Of a DNA stretch of 41,864 nucleotides, positions 15,658 through 25,459 are shown one piece after another. This DNA comes from a virus (Duplodnaviria; Caudoviricetes): the IMG/VR virus record IMGVR_UViG_3300030333_005104, positions 1 through 41,864 of that record. The stretch is one strand, 5' to 3'. Every line of letters begins with the position of its first letter. Positions within the stretch are counted from its first letter, which is position 1. The position numbers were made by a program, and so were the translations under genes. The notes under the pieces are model-generated. The model was not told the origin of the DNA. It ran no database searches and was given only the letters and a program-made list of their open reading frames with translations.

Positions 15658-17733
15658 ATGCCAAGGAAGCTATCCAAAACATCCACTGACGGATCAAAGT
15701 TTTCAGGAACAACTAAGCGTATCAAGGTCGGCACAGATGGCTCCGGTTTCTCAGGGTCGGCAGTGCATACCACGATGACCACTAGCTACACCGGCCCAAA
15801 GGGGGACAAGGGCGACACGGGCGACGCGGGAGCGGCGGCAACTATAGGGGTCGGAACCGTAAGCACTGGGGCGGCTGGCGGCAGTGTTACCGTTTCAAAT
15901 AGCGGAACCTCATCGGCTGCTGTTTTTGATTTCAGCATCCCGCAGGGGGCTACCGGCCCTGCTGGAGCTACCGGCCCGCAAGGCCCAACCGGAGCAGCGG
16001 GCGCGGATGGGGCGGATGGGGCGGATGGGGCGGATGGCGCGGATGGGGCGACAGGGGCGACAGGGGCGACAGGGGCGACAGGGGCCACGGGTGCTACAGG
16101 TGCTACAGGTGCAGACGGAGCAACATGGAGCAGTGGCTCCGCCTCGCCGTCTGGGGGAAGCGATGGGGATTTCTACTTCAAGACCGACGATCATACGGTT
16201 CATAAGAAAACTAGCGGTAGCTGGGGGCAGATAGCTGACGTTACCGGCGATACAGGTGCTACAGGGGCCACAGGGGCCACGGGTGCCACAGGCCCAGCGG
16301 GGGCGGATGGAAGCGATGGTGCTGATGGTGCAGACGGCGCAACAGGCCCAGCGGGAAGTGATGGAGCCGATGGCAAGACGGTGTTAAATGGCTCAGGTGC
16401 GCCAGCTTCGGGTACGGGATCAGATGGCGACTTTTACATAGACACCGACAACGATAACATCTACGGGCCTAAATCAAGTGGGGCGTGGGGTTCCGCCACT
16501 TCTCTGGTTGGCCCAGCAGGGGCTACTGGAGCTACTGGAGCTACTGGAGCTACTGGAGCTACTGGAGCTACTGGCGCACAAGGCCCAGCAGGCCCAGCAG
16601 GGGCTGACGGGGCTGACGGGGCTGACGGGGCTGACGGGGCTGACGGGGCGACTGGGGCGACTGGGGCAACTGGAGCAGCGGGTGCTGATGGGGCAACTTG
16701 GAGCAGCGGGTCGGGTGCGCCATCGGGCGGAAGTGACGGGGATTTTTATTTTAAAACCGACGACCACAAGGTCTACAAGAAGTCTAGCGGTAGCTGGAGC
16801 GAGATAGCGGATGTTACCGGAGACACGGGCGCGACGGGGCCAACCGGAGCCACTGGCGCACAAGGCCCAGCGGGGAGTGACGGCGCAGATGGCGCAGATG
16901 GCGCAGATGGTGCAGCAGGGGCCGCTGGTGCAGACGGCAAGACAGTCTTAAACGGTTCTGGCGCACCAGCTTCAGGGACAGGATCAGTCGGTGACTTTTA
17001 CATCGACACGGCTAACGACAACATTTACGGCCCCAAGGATAGCAGTGGAACCCCGTGGGGCAGCGCGACCAGCTTGGTTGGCCCAGCAGGAGCGACAGGC
17101 GCAACGGGCGCAACTGGCCCAGCGGGAGCAGATGGAAGCGATGGCGCAACAGGGCCACAGGGGCCAACCGGAGCAACCGGAGCAACGGGGGCAACGGGGG
17201 CAACGGGGGCAACAGGCCCAGCAGGAGCCGACGGGGCCGACGGAGCCGACGGAGCCGACGGAGCCGACGGAGCGGCGGGCGCGGGACTGGCTAGTGGCGG
17301 CACTGCTAACCAGCTTCTAAAGAAGGTTGATGGAACGGATTACAACACCGCTTGGTTCACCCCCAGCTACGCAGCTAGCAGCCACGACCACGACAGCGAT
17401 TACATATTAAGGTACTCAGCCGAGGCTGGGGCCGTCTCCGGTGACGCCGCAGTTCTGCCAGCGGGAGGGACTTCAGCCAGACCGGACACTGGATCGGCTG
17501 GCTACTTTAGGTTCAACACTGACACCACGGAGTTTGAGGGATATGACGGCTCCGCTTGGGGCGCAGTCGGCGGTGGAAACACGACCAGTAGCGGCTTGTG
17601 GGAACACGCGCACACGATTTCAGCAAACTATACAATCGGAACAAATAACAACGCAATCAGTGCTGGGCCTGTTTCGGTCGGCAGTGGCGTGTCCGTCACG
17701 GTTCCGTCAGGAAGCACTTGGGTAGTGGCATGA
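15658..17733 (+). CDS. Collagen-like tail fibre protein
   Basis: Long Gly-X-Y runs (GAT, GAD, GPA) interrupted by GDFY-containing knob modules; C-terminal ANYTI...SAGP...VTVPSGSTWVV fibre domain. Confidence 0.9.
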   Translation: MPRKLSKTSTDGSKFSGTTKRIKVGTDGSGFSGSAVHTTMTTSYTGPKGDKGDTGDAGAAATIGVGTVSTGAAGGSVTVSNSGTSSAAVFDFSIPQGATGPAGATGPQGPTGAAGADGADGADGADGADGATGATGATGATGATGATGATGADGATWSSGSASPSGGSDGDFYFKTDDHTVHKKTSGSWGQIADVTGDTGATGATGATGATGPAGADGSDGADGADGATGPAGSDGADGKTVLNGSGAPASGTGSDGDFYIDTDNDNIYGPKSSGAWGSATSLVGPAGATGATGATGATGATGATGAQGPAGPAGADGADGADGADGADGATGATGATGAAGADGATWSSGSGAPSGGSDGDFYFKTDDHKVYKKSSGSWSEIADVTGDTGATGPTGATGAQGPAGSDGADGADGADGAAGAAGADGKTVLNGSGAPASGTGSVGDFYIDTANDNIYGPKDSSGTPWGSATSLVGPAGATGATGATGPAGADGSDGATGPQGPTGATGATGATGATGATGPAGADGADGADGADGADGAAGAGLASGGTANQLLKKVDGTDYNTAWFTPSYAASSHDHDSDYILRYSAEAGAVSGDAAVLPAGGTSARPDTGSAGYFRFNTDTTEFEGYDGSAWGAVGGGNTTSSGLWEHAHTISANYTIGTNNNAISAGPVSVGSGVSVTVPSGSTWVVA

Positions 17734-18389
17734 GTACGCTTTATTCCAACAACATTAGGCCGGTGTCAGGAACGACTGATGCTATTAGCATTGATTCGGA
17801 CGGAACACTCGACCTTAAATCCTCCAAGCTGAAGTTGGATAGCTCCTCTGGAAGCGATGGGCAGGTTCTTACCACGGACGGAAGCGGCGGCGTAGCTTGG
17901 GAGACTGCTAGTGGTGGCGGGAAACTTTTACAGGTGGTACACACTACCGTTACTGCGGAAAGTTTTTCAACCAGCAGCACCTCGGACACCGAAATTACCG
18001 GACTGAATGCTACCATCACCCCTAGTGCAACGTCCTCTAAAATTAGAGTAACCGCGATGGTTACTGGCGGCAGCAGCACGGGCAGTGGCGACCCATTTTG
18101 TGGGTTTGGTCTAAAGCGTGACAGCACTCAAATCGGTTCTTCAACCAATGCGTCTGGGTCACAGCGTAACGCGATACTCAACCAATACGCCTACGGCACT
18201 GCGGACAACCTAAACGTCATGTATCAGTATATTGATTCCCCGAATACGACCAGTGCCACCGAGTACAAGGCGACGGTTAGCTGCCGAGACGGTTACACTT
18301 TTTACCTAAACAGGTCACATGGAAATTTTGACGCTCAGTATACCGTGAAAACGGTGTCTAACATAATTTTGGAGGAGATTGGAGCATGA
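17730..18389 (+). CDS. Tail fibre / receptor-binding subunit, paralog 1
   Basis: ATGA-coupled; GQVLTTDGSG..W linker, GKLLQVV...ITGL.ATITP...SKI...DSP.TTSA..YK...LEEI domain. Confidence 0.85.
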   Translation: MSTLYSNNIRPVSGTTDAISIDSDGTLDLKSSKLKLDSSSGSDGQVLTTDGSGGVAWETASGGGKLLQVVHTTVTAESFSTSSTSDTEITGLNATITPSATSSKIRVTAMVTGGSSTGSGDPFCGFGLKRDSTQIGSSTNASGSQRNAILNQYAYGTADNLNVMYQYIDSPNTTSATEYKATVSCRDGYTFYLNRSHGNFDAQYTVKTVSNIILEEIGA

Positions 18390-19021
18390 GTACCGTAGCG
18401 TCATCCAACAGCAACCTAACCATCAACGCCGATGGGTCTGGCAATGACATTAAGTTTCAAAGCAACGGCACAGAGGTTGGTTCCATTAACTCATCGGGGA
18501 CAATGACGGCTACTGCGTTTGCTGGGGATGGTTCCTCGCTGACAGGAATCTCTGGGGGCGGCAAAGTCTTACAAGTAGTAAACACGATTGTGACCGCCGA
18601 GAGTTTTTCGACAACAAGTACGTCTGACACAGAGATTACTGGATTGAACGCCTCAATCACCCCTAGCGCGACTACCAGTAAAATACGAATCACCGTGATG
18701 ATTACAGCCGGTGGCAACTCCGGTAACACTCTCGGCTTCGGCCTGAAGCGGGACAGCACGCAGATAGGATCGTCCAGTAACGCCACCGACTATCAACGAA
18801 ACGCGATGGCATCGGAATACACTCCAGACAGTGGGTACAGCCACACCGTCACATACCAGTACCTAGACTCGCCAAGCACGACTAGCGCGACCGAGTACAA
18901 GGCAACCGTCAATAACCGATACAGTTACGGGTTCTATCTAAATAAACCACCAACCAGCAGCACTGATGACTATGTGGTTAAGGGGGTATCAAATATAATT
19001 TTGGAGGAGATTGGAGCATGA
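18363..19021 (+). repeat. 27-bp perfect direct repeat at the 3' ends of both paralogs
   Basis: ATAATTTTGGAGGAGATTGGAGCATGA at 18363-18389 and 18995-19021. Confidence 0.95.
18386..19021 (+). CDS. Tail fibre / receptor-binding subunit, paralog 2
   Basis: Different N-terminus but a closely similar C-terminal domain (GKVLQVV...SNIILEEIGA). Confidence 0.85.
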   Translation: MSTVASSNSNLTINADGSGNDIKFQSNGTEVGSINSSGTMTATAFAGDGSSLTGISGGGKVLQVVNTIVTAESFSTTSTSDTEITGLNASITPSATTSKIRITVMITAGGNSGNTLGFGLKRDSTQIGSSSNATDYQRNAMASEYTPDSGYSHTVTYQYLDSPSTTSATEYKATVNNRYSYGFYLNKPPTSSTDDYVVKGVSNIILEEIGA

Positions 19022-19293
19022 ATATAAATCACGAAGCGGTTTACGCGCTATACCCAAGCGTCGTCACAATATCAGACGATAAGCCGATTGACGGAGACGG
19101 TAATCCAGTTGAGATAGACCTAGCTGCGGTTAATGCGTGGGTTCCGCCCGACCAGTACGCCCGCGATAGGCGCAAGGCTTATCTCCCTGTAGCTGACCAG
19201 CTAGACATGATGTATTGGGATAATGTGAATGGAACTTCAAACTGGCAGAATCATGTCAGTGAAGTTAAGGCGGCTCACCCCAAACCGGACTAA
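19018..19293 (+). CDS. Tail fibre assembly chaperone-like protein
   Basis: Y...R...Y..V.DQLDM.YWD......W......VK...PK motif that typically follows such fibre genes. Confidence 0.75.
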   Translation: MNINHEAVYALYPSVVTISDDKPIDGDGNPVEIDLAAVNAWVPPDQYARDRRKAYLPVADQLDMMYWDNVNGTSNWQNHVSEVKAAHPKPD

Positions 19294-19298
19294 AGACG

Positions 19299-20459
19299 AT
19301 GCCAGTTAAATTAAAAACAGCAGGAGGAGGTAGCGTATCGCTGCAAGGCCATGCAAGCCAAAGCAGCGACACCACGCTTACCCTTCCCAATGGCACTGGT
19401 TCTAACGCTCAGGCGTTGACCACGGATGGTAGCGGCAACCTGTCTTGGGCGGCTGCGGGTGGTGGTGGGGTCATGCCGAATATAGTCATCAACGGAGGAA
19501 TGCGGATTTCGCAGAGGGGAACCTCATTAACTTCAGATGCCGACAGCAAGTATCTAGTAGATAGGTTTCAACTGAGGACTAATCAAGGAGGTGCGGGAAC
19601 TGGGTCGTTCACACAAGAACAATCTTGGACACACCCTGCTGGCTTCGTAAACTCTTTAAAGGTTACTGCGCCGTCTGACTATGAGGCGAACGGGATGGGG
19701 GACGGCACTGACTTTGTGGCTATCGAGTACCGCCCCGAAGGCTGGGACTGGGAGGCAACTTGCAGCGGCACTTCTGACGCACAGACCATAACTATTTCGT
19801 TTAGGGCAATGTCCAGTGTCGCGGGAGACTACACCCTAGCCGTAAGGTCGAGTGATGGCGGAAAGAGTTACGGCACAAGCTACACGTTAGCCGCTGACAC
19901 TTGGACTGAGGTTACGAAAACCATAGCACTCCCCACCGATGGCACTTGGGGTACGGGGACTAACTGCGCGTGCTACATTGATTGGACGCTCTACGCGGAG
20001 GCTTACAGGCAGTTCACTTCTGCGGATACATGGGAGTCTTACAATATGCTTAAATTAAGCGGCCAGACGCAATGGGCAGAAACCTCTGGTGCTACCTTCC
20101 ACTTAACGGGGGTTAAGATCGAGATTGGCTCATCTGCTACGGATTTCACGCATGATACCTACGCAGAAGATTTATCGAAGTGTGAGCGGTACTACCAGAC
20201 ATGGCACTCTGGATGGTATGGACACAGTGAGGGTGCAGGGTGGTACACTAGCGGCAGTGTTCAATACTCCACGGAGATGAGAGCATCCCCAACCCTTACT
20301 TTGGATTCATCAGCCAGCACATTCGGCACACGTTGGCCCGAAAGCAACTGGGCAACTGCCTCTGGTGGGGCGAATGGCTTTCGTGGCCTGTGCGGGGCAA
20401 CCTCCGGTGGCGGGAATGATGGTTGGGTGGCACTAGGAAGTGCTGAAGCGGAGATTTAA
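19299..20459 (+). CDS. Tail fibre protein with carbohydrate-binding-like domain
   Basis: TLTLP...G...QALTTDGSGNLSW linker; N.VINGGM.I.QRG...DR and GV.IE.G..AT.F.......L..C.RYY motifs. Confidence 0.85.
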   Translation: MPVKLKTAGGGSVSLQGHASQSSDTTLTLPNGTGSNAQALTTDGSGNLSWAAAGGGGVMPNIVINGGMRISQRGTSLTSDADSKYLVDRFQLRTNQGGAGTGSFTQEQSWTHPAGFVNSLKVTAPSDYEANGMGDGTDFVAIEYRPEGWDWEATCSGTSDAQTITISFRAMSSVAGDYTLAVRSSDGGKSYGTSYTLAADTWTEVTKTIALPTDGTWGTGTNCACYIDWTLYAEAYRQFTSADTWESYNMLKLSGQTQWAETSGATFHLTGVKIEIGSSATDFTHDTYAEDLSKCERYYQTWHSGWYGHSEGAGWYTSGSVQYSTEMRASPTLTLDSSASTFGTRWPESNWATASGGANGFRGLCGATSGGGNDGWVALGSAEAEI

Positions 20460-20460
20460 C

Positions 20461-20652
20461 ATGGCTAGGCTAAACATTACATCGGCTGAATACGTTAACC
20501 TTGAGGGACTGCCCAAGAATCAAACGATTAAGGTTAACGCGGGCGGTACTATCTATTTCATTCCCACAGACCCGAACAACACTGACTACGCAGAATTGAT
20601 GAAGTTGGTGGAGGAAGGTAAAATAACCATAGAAGAAGTAACGGAGGAATAA
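20461..20652 (+). CDS. Small tail-associated chaperone-like protein
   Basis: FIP.DP.N.DY...M..V..G...I motif; ATG 1 nt after the preceding stop. Confidence 0.7.
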   Translation: MARLNITSAEYVNLEGLPKNQTIKVNAGGTIYFIPTDPNNTDYAELMKLVEEGKITIEEVTEE

Positions 20653-20653
20653 T

Positions 20654-20776
20654 ATGCCAAAGGTTGCGAACAAGAAGTTTAAGTACACAGCTAAAGGGAT
20701 GAAGGCAGCTAAAGCCTACGCAAAGAAAACTGGTTCAAAAGTTAAGTCCAGTAGAAACAAGAAGTACAGGCCGTAG
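20654..20776 (+). CDS. Small Lys-rich protein (40 aa)
   Basis: MPKVANKKFKYTAKGMKAAKAYAKKTGSKVKSSRNKKYRP with GGAGG upstream; exactly fills the gap. Not in the ORF track. Confidence 0.8.
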   Translation: MPKVANKKFKYTAKGMKAAKAYAKKTGSKVKSSRNKKYRP

Positions 20777-20778
20777 AT

Positions 20779-22638
20779 ATGTCAATCGTAGACAGAGGAA
20801 GGCTGGTTGATGGCGTCACTGAGCTAAGCGGCGGAATGGACAGTGGCCGCTCTCCCAGCATGATTGCGTCAAATCAGGTGCAATATGCTGGCAATGTGTC
20901 TTTTCGTGGCGGGTTCGCAAAGACTCGTCCAGCCTACAAGCGCATTAACGTAACCGGATTCTCCACTCCTGCTGCTGCTAAGTTCCAAGGCTGCGGGTAC
21001 TTCGACTACTCAGACGGGCAAATCATATTCGTAGCGGGCGGGAACACATACAAGATAGAGCCGCCAGCTAGCGGCACTGATTGGGCCTGCACTGACATTA
21101 CTAACAGTAAGACGCTTTCAGCCACTCGCGACCGCGTGCATATGGTTCAGGTCGAGAATAAGATTGGCAGCGGCAGCGCGACCAGTCACATGGTCATTCA
21201 GGACGGGTCTACATCCCCATACATTTGGGACGGCAGCTCAGCTAGCTACGCAAGCGATGCCACCAACTCTGTTCCGATAGGCACTGGCCCAATGGCGTTC
21301 GGCCACGGTCGTCTTTGGGTAGCCAAGGGGCGAAGCTACATAGCCTCTGACATATATGGCGGCAGCAATGGAACTTTGCAGTTCACAGAAAACACTTACC
21401 TAGCTGGTGGTGGTGCTTTCTCTGTGCCGGTGTCAGCGGGAAACATCACGGCCATGAGGTTTGCCGCTGCTCCGAACACTGCGTTAGGGCAAGGGGAGCT
21501 GATTGTGGCTACCGATGACGCCGTGTTCACGGTGAGCGTGCCGCTAGACAGGACTAGCTGGTCAGCCCTTACCGACCCTGTGCAGCGAGTCGCGTTAATC
21601 AATAACGGCTCGATGTCGCACTTTAGCACCGAACTGGTCAATGGAGATGTGTTCATGCGTAGTCGTGACGGGATTCGCAGTGTGATTCAGGCTGTGCGGG
21701 ACTTTACGCAGCTAGGAAATACTCCTATCAGCTCCGAGATGTACCGCGTTTTTAAGTATGATGATGCTAGCTATTTGAAGTACAGCTCTGGTGTTTTGTT
21801 TGATAACCGATACCTGCTAACCAGCCAAAGCAGCTACGATGCCACTAAAGGGGTGGCGTTTACGGGCCTAGTCAGCTTGGACTTTAACCAGATCAGCAGC
21901 ATGAAGGGGAAAGCCCCTCCTGCATACGACGGCTTCTGGACAAGTGAAGTGACTCGCTCCAGTGTTAAGTATGATCTTCAAGTCTACCAGCTAGTTAAGG
22001 GCAGGTTCAACGGGGTGGAGCGTTGCTTCGCGTTTATTCGGCCTAAGTACCTGTCAGGTTCCACGGTCACATACGGTGATACCGAGTTGTGGGAGATTAT
22101 GCGGGACGACAGCTTGGTCGTTGACGATGTGGACATCGTTAGCAGCGAGAGCGTTGGTAATGAAATAACCTCCGAGATTGAGACTCCCAGCTTCGACTTC
22201 AACCAGATGGGAGCCGCTAAAGTCCTTGAGTCTGCTGACCTTTGGGCTGATAACCTTACGGGCGGAACGGTCAGCTTTAGTGCTGATTTCCACCCTGACC
22301 AGTATCCGTGCTGGGTTAACTGGCAGTCATGGTCAGTTATCTCAGAGTCGTCTAGCGATAATTGTAATGATTTGGTAGAGTACCAGCGGCAGTACAGGGC
22401 GAGGATGCGGTTAGGCACTCCGTCATCGGCTGAGGAACCCGCAGTTGGTAAGCCATTTAACTACGGGTGGGAATTTGCAGCTCGCCTGAAATGGACGGGC
22501 AGAGCGAGGGTTAAGCTGTTTAGGCTTAATTGTCGCGAAACACAAGAGGAACCATATGCAGACGTTAACATCGACGGCGGGAGTAAGGCTATAGCCTGCG
22601 ACTGCCTGAGCGGCGTCAGCTCAGCAACTAATCAATAA
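20779..22638 (+). CDS. Putative tail tubular / stabilisation protein (nozzle-like)
   Basis: 619 aa, beta-rich; GGM.S...P..I......AGNV..RGG...TRP start and GRLWVA; size and position fit a podovirus tail hub. Confidence 0.65.
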   Translation: MSIVDRGRLVDGVTELSGGMDSGRSPSMIASNQVQYAGNVSFRGGFAKTRPAYKRINVTGFSTPAAAKFQGCGYFDYSDGQIIFVAGGNTYKIEPPASGTDWACTDITNSKTLSATRDRVHMVQVENKIGSGSATSHMVIQDGSTSPYIWDGSSASYASDATNSVPIGTGPMAFGHGRLWVAKGRSYIASDIYGGSNGTLQFTENTYLAGGGAFSVPVSAGNITAMRFAAAPNTALGQGELIVATDDAVFTVSVPLDRTSWSALTDPVQRVALINNGSMSHFSTELVNGDVFMRSRDGIRSVIQAVRDFTQLGNTPISSEMYRVFKYDDASYLKYSSGVLFDNRYLLTSQSSYDATKGVAFTGLVSLDFNQISSMKGKAPPAYDGFWTSEVTRSSVKYDLQVYQLVKGRFNGVERCFAFIRPKYLSGSTVTYGDTELWEIMRDDSLVVDDVDIVSSESVGNEITSEIETPSFDFNQMGAAKVLESADLWADNLTGGTVSFSADFHPDQYPCWVNWQSWSVISESSSDNCNDLVEYQRQYRARMRLGTPSSAEEPAVGKPFNYGWEFAARLKWTGRARVKLFRLNCRETQEEPYADVNIDGGSKAIACDCLSGVSSATNQ

Positions 22639-22639
22639 C

Positions 22640-23542
22640 ATGGGAAACTGTAGCAACATCTCAAACTTACAAACTGTATCGTTATCGTCTGGCACGATAA
22701 CCGGCGGCTTCTGCCACACCAGCTTGCAAACAACCTACGAAGAGTTTATTGCCCGCACGACCGCAACCTTGAGTGGGAACGTAGCTGGCTTTACTGCGGG
22801 GGACGAAACGCCCGATGCCGGTGATCAAGACAAGTTATGGTTTAAGCAAAATGCCAGTGACTGCAATGATGCCTTAGGGTGGTATTATTACAACACCACT
22901 AGCACTTCTTGGGTTCCGCTCAAAACCCCAGTATCAAGCCTAGCTGACAACACTCAGGGCGACATTATTTATTATGGAGCTTCAGGTGCGCCAGCGACGT
23001 TAAGTGCAGGCACTGATGGCTACTATCTTAAAACAAGGGGTGCAGGCCAAAACCCTGAATGGAGCGAGGTTTCCGTTACGCCGTCAATCAAGGCTATCCG
23101 ATCAGAGATTGCTGGATCGGACACTTACTACGGAACCGCTGATATTAATGACGGAGCCGCTAACTTGGCTACTGGGACAGCAATCAGCCTAGATGCGAGC
23201 AGTTCATACTACCTAGAATGGGCCGTGAATGTGGCTGAAGATGCTGACCCCACAAACGTGGTGGACTCGATGGATGGTGAAGTTCAAATATCCACGGACG
23301 GAGCTTCTTACACAAAAATGTTCGACGTTAAACTTTACGAACGCCGCCAAGGCAGCGCAGGAATGGCCCAACACCGAACCTGCCATGTCGGTTTCTGTCA
23401 CAAGTTGATAACAAACTCAACTGGCGGTAGCTACTACTTTAGGTTCGAGACTAATGACGGAACTCTGTGGCACGTTCACGACTTCACCTTGAAGGTGATG
23501 GAGGGCGTGGATTACGCGGGGCAGACTTACACTCAGTCATAA
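22640..23542 (+). CDS. Putative tail-associated structural protein
   Basis: QGDIIYY......L.AGTDG..L...G....P.W fibre-type linker; within the tail operon. Confidence 0.65.
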   Translation: MGNCSNISNLQTVSLSSGTITGGFCHTSLQTTYEEFIARTTATLSGNVAGFTAGDETPDAGDQDKLWFKQNASDCNDALGWYYYNTTSTSWVPLKTPVSSLADNTQGDIIYYGASGAPATLSAGTDGYYLKTRGAGQNPEWSEVSVTPSIKAIRSEIAGSDTYYGTADINDGAANLATGTAISLDASSSYYLEWAVNVAEDADPTNVVDSMDGEVQISTDGASYTKMFDVKLYERRQGSAGMAQHRTCHVGFCHKLITNSTGGSYYFRFETNDGTLWHVHDFTLKVMEGVDYAGQTYTQS

Positions 23543-24513
23543 TGAAAATAACACTTGGCGACATTAAAACAAATGTAGCACGAATGCTCAGCATGAGCGG
23601 CACAGACGCCCGTGTAGTTGATTACATCAACGAAGCGCAGGAGCGGCTTCTCTACAAGGGCAAGTGGGTTGGCACTTATGCACGCTACGCAATAAACTCT
23701 TCCAACGGCACAATTACATGGCCGCGAGAGTTGGAGACTATTGAGTCAGTAGCTGTCGCTGATGATCCAGCTATCGTTCGCAATGAGTGGTTTGAGTTTC
23801 TTGAGACGGGATACGGAATACAGGACAGCCAAGACTCCGACGCTAAAACGCTCATTGATCGCGGTGAAGCGTGTGTCTTTAGCGACATAGCTGGAACCGA
23901 CAAGAAGCTTCGGCTGTACACGGGACACACAAGTGATGCTGGCAAGAGAGTGCTGCTTCAGGGCTACGACCAGAACGGTGAGTGGGTTCGCTCGCAAGAC
24001 GGGACTACTTGGGTAGACGGCGAGTATGTTACGCTTACCACCACGTTTGTTGACACTAACTCGCTGTTCGCTGAGCTGGTTGCTGTCCAGAAAGATGACA
24101 CTGCGACCAACGTAAAGGTGTATGAGCTGAAGCCTAGCGACAGCACTACGAGGCTGATCGCTGAGTATCAACCCAATGAATCCCGTCCAGTCTATCGGCG
24201 CAGCTTGATAGCTGGCCTAAAGGACAGTGGCGAGGATCGCGTTGTTACGATTGTCGGCAAGCTAAGGTTCGTCCCAGCTAAGGACGACACTGACTGGTTA
24301 ATGATTTCAAATGAGCCAGCACTGAAGGAGATGGTGCTGTCTATCCGCAAGGCGGAAAACAATCTACCGCAGGAGGCTATTATCTATGAGCGTCGAGCTG
24401 TTAGCTTGCTTCAGGATCAGTTACTGCACTACATAGGTGACGGGGCGGTGGGAGTACCACGGTTCCAGAATGTAGCAACCTTCGGCGGTGGCGGAGTTAG
24501 CAATTTACAATAG
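23542..24513 (+). CDS. Putative head-tail adaptor / tail tubular protein A-like
   Basis: Start MKITLGDIK at 23542 (TAATG coupling); helical N-terminus with YINEAQERL. Confidence 0.65.
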   Translation: MKITLGDIKTNVARMLSMSGTDARVVDYINEAQERLLYKGKWVGTYARYAINSSNGTITWPRELETIESVAVADDPAIVRNEWFEFLETGYGIQDSQDSDAKTLIDRGEACVFSDIAGTDKKLRLYTGHTSDAGKRVLLQGYDQNGEWVRSQDGTTWVDGEYVTLTTTFVDTNSLFAELVAVQKDDTATNVKVYELKPSDSTTRLIAEYQPNESRPVYRRSLIAGLKDSGEDRVVTIVGKLRFVPAKDDTDWLMISNEPALKEMVLSIRKAENNLPQEAIIYERRAVSLLQDQLLHYIGDGAVGVPRFQNVATFGGGGVSNLQ

Positions 24514-24521
24514 GATAAGAT

Positions 24522-25436
24522 ATGGGATTTTTCTCTTCACTATTCGGCAAGAAAGTTAAGCTTCCTGCGTTTGAGCCTGTCGATTTCGACAAGGAGTATG
24601 ACGCAGCGTTCGCCTACAACAAAAAGAAACTCCCCGAGTTTGCTGATCTAGCTAAGTCGATTCAGTCAATGGATCAGGAGACGTTGATGCAGGGCATTCG
24701 CTCCGTCATGCCTGATTACGACGCCTCGGTTAAAGCCCAAGCTGACATACAGGAGTCGCTTTTGAGGGGAGAAATGACCGAGCAGGAGAAGCGGGATGCG
24801 TGGGACACCCGTGCTGAAATAGGTCTTGCTCAGGGGCTTCAGGATTCCGACAGGGTAAAGCATGACTACGCCCGCGACCTTGGCATTACGAGGCGTCAGA
24901 ATATAATGACGGGATTAAACCTCCTGCAAAGTCGCCTTTCCCAAAGCAGGCAACTAACAGTGGACGGCCCAAGGGTCGTGTCCTTTTTTCAGGACGCAAG
25001 ATCGCGCATTGAGCAGAAGATGCAGGAAAGAAACGCCAAGCTAGCTAGGGATTCACAGCAGGCTAGGTACGACGCGCAGGGCAATCCTATCACGCAGGGC
25101 ATCGTTGGCGGCATATTGTCCGCCGCTGGTGGTGGTGCTTTTGATAACTTTTCTAGCATGACGGGAGGGCAACGATTTGGAACCATCCTCGGCTCTACGC
25201 TTGGGTTCGGCGGCGCACAGCTAGGTGGGCAGCTAGGTGGATTCTTGGGCGGGGCAGGCGCGGCGACAGGCGGGCTTCCGTTCGGCGCGTCAGGGATGGC
25301 TTCTCAGCCAGTATATGCGCCGTGGGGCATAAGCCAGCCTCAAGGGTATGGATGGAACATGGGGCAATCCTACCAAAATAACCCTGCTTGGCTCGTCGCT
25401 CCACAAGATCAAGCGATTCCCCAGCTCCCACTTTAA
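24522..25436 (+). CDS. Putative internal virion (ejection) protein 1
   Basis: MGFFSSLFG start and Gly-rich hydrophobic C-terminus; first of three genes of increasing size. Confidence 0.65.
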   Translation: MGFFSSLFGKKVKLPAFEPVDFDKEYDAAFAYNKKKLPEFADLAKSIQSMDQETLMQGIRSVMPDYDASVKAQADIQESLLRGEMTEQEKRDAWDTRAEIGLAQGLQDSDRVKHDYARDLGITRRQNIMTGLNLLQSRLSQSRQLTVDGPRVVSFFQDARSRIEQKMQERNAKLARDSQQARYDAQGNPITQGIVGGILSAAGGGAFDNFSSMTGGQRFGTILGSTLGFGGAQLGGQLGGFLGGAGAATGGLPFGASGMASQPVYAPWGISQPQGYGWNMGQSYQNNPAWLVAPQDQAIPQLPL

Positions 25437-25459
25437 ACAACTTTAACAAATAAATTATT

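Noticed and set aside
15960-17290. Repeat arrays as a possible CRISPR
   Set aside because: In-frame Gly-X-Y tandem repeats with no unique spacers.
15786-17320. Many alternative-frame and antisense ORFs in the collagen gene
   Set aside because: By-products of 9-bp repeats that lack stop codons.
17730-19021. Diversity-generating retroelement template/variable repeats
   Set aside because: No reverse transcriptase, both copies are coding, and the differences are not adenine-specific.
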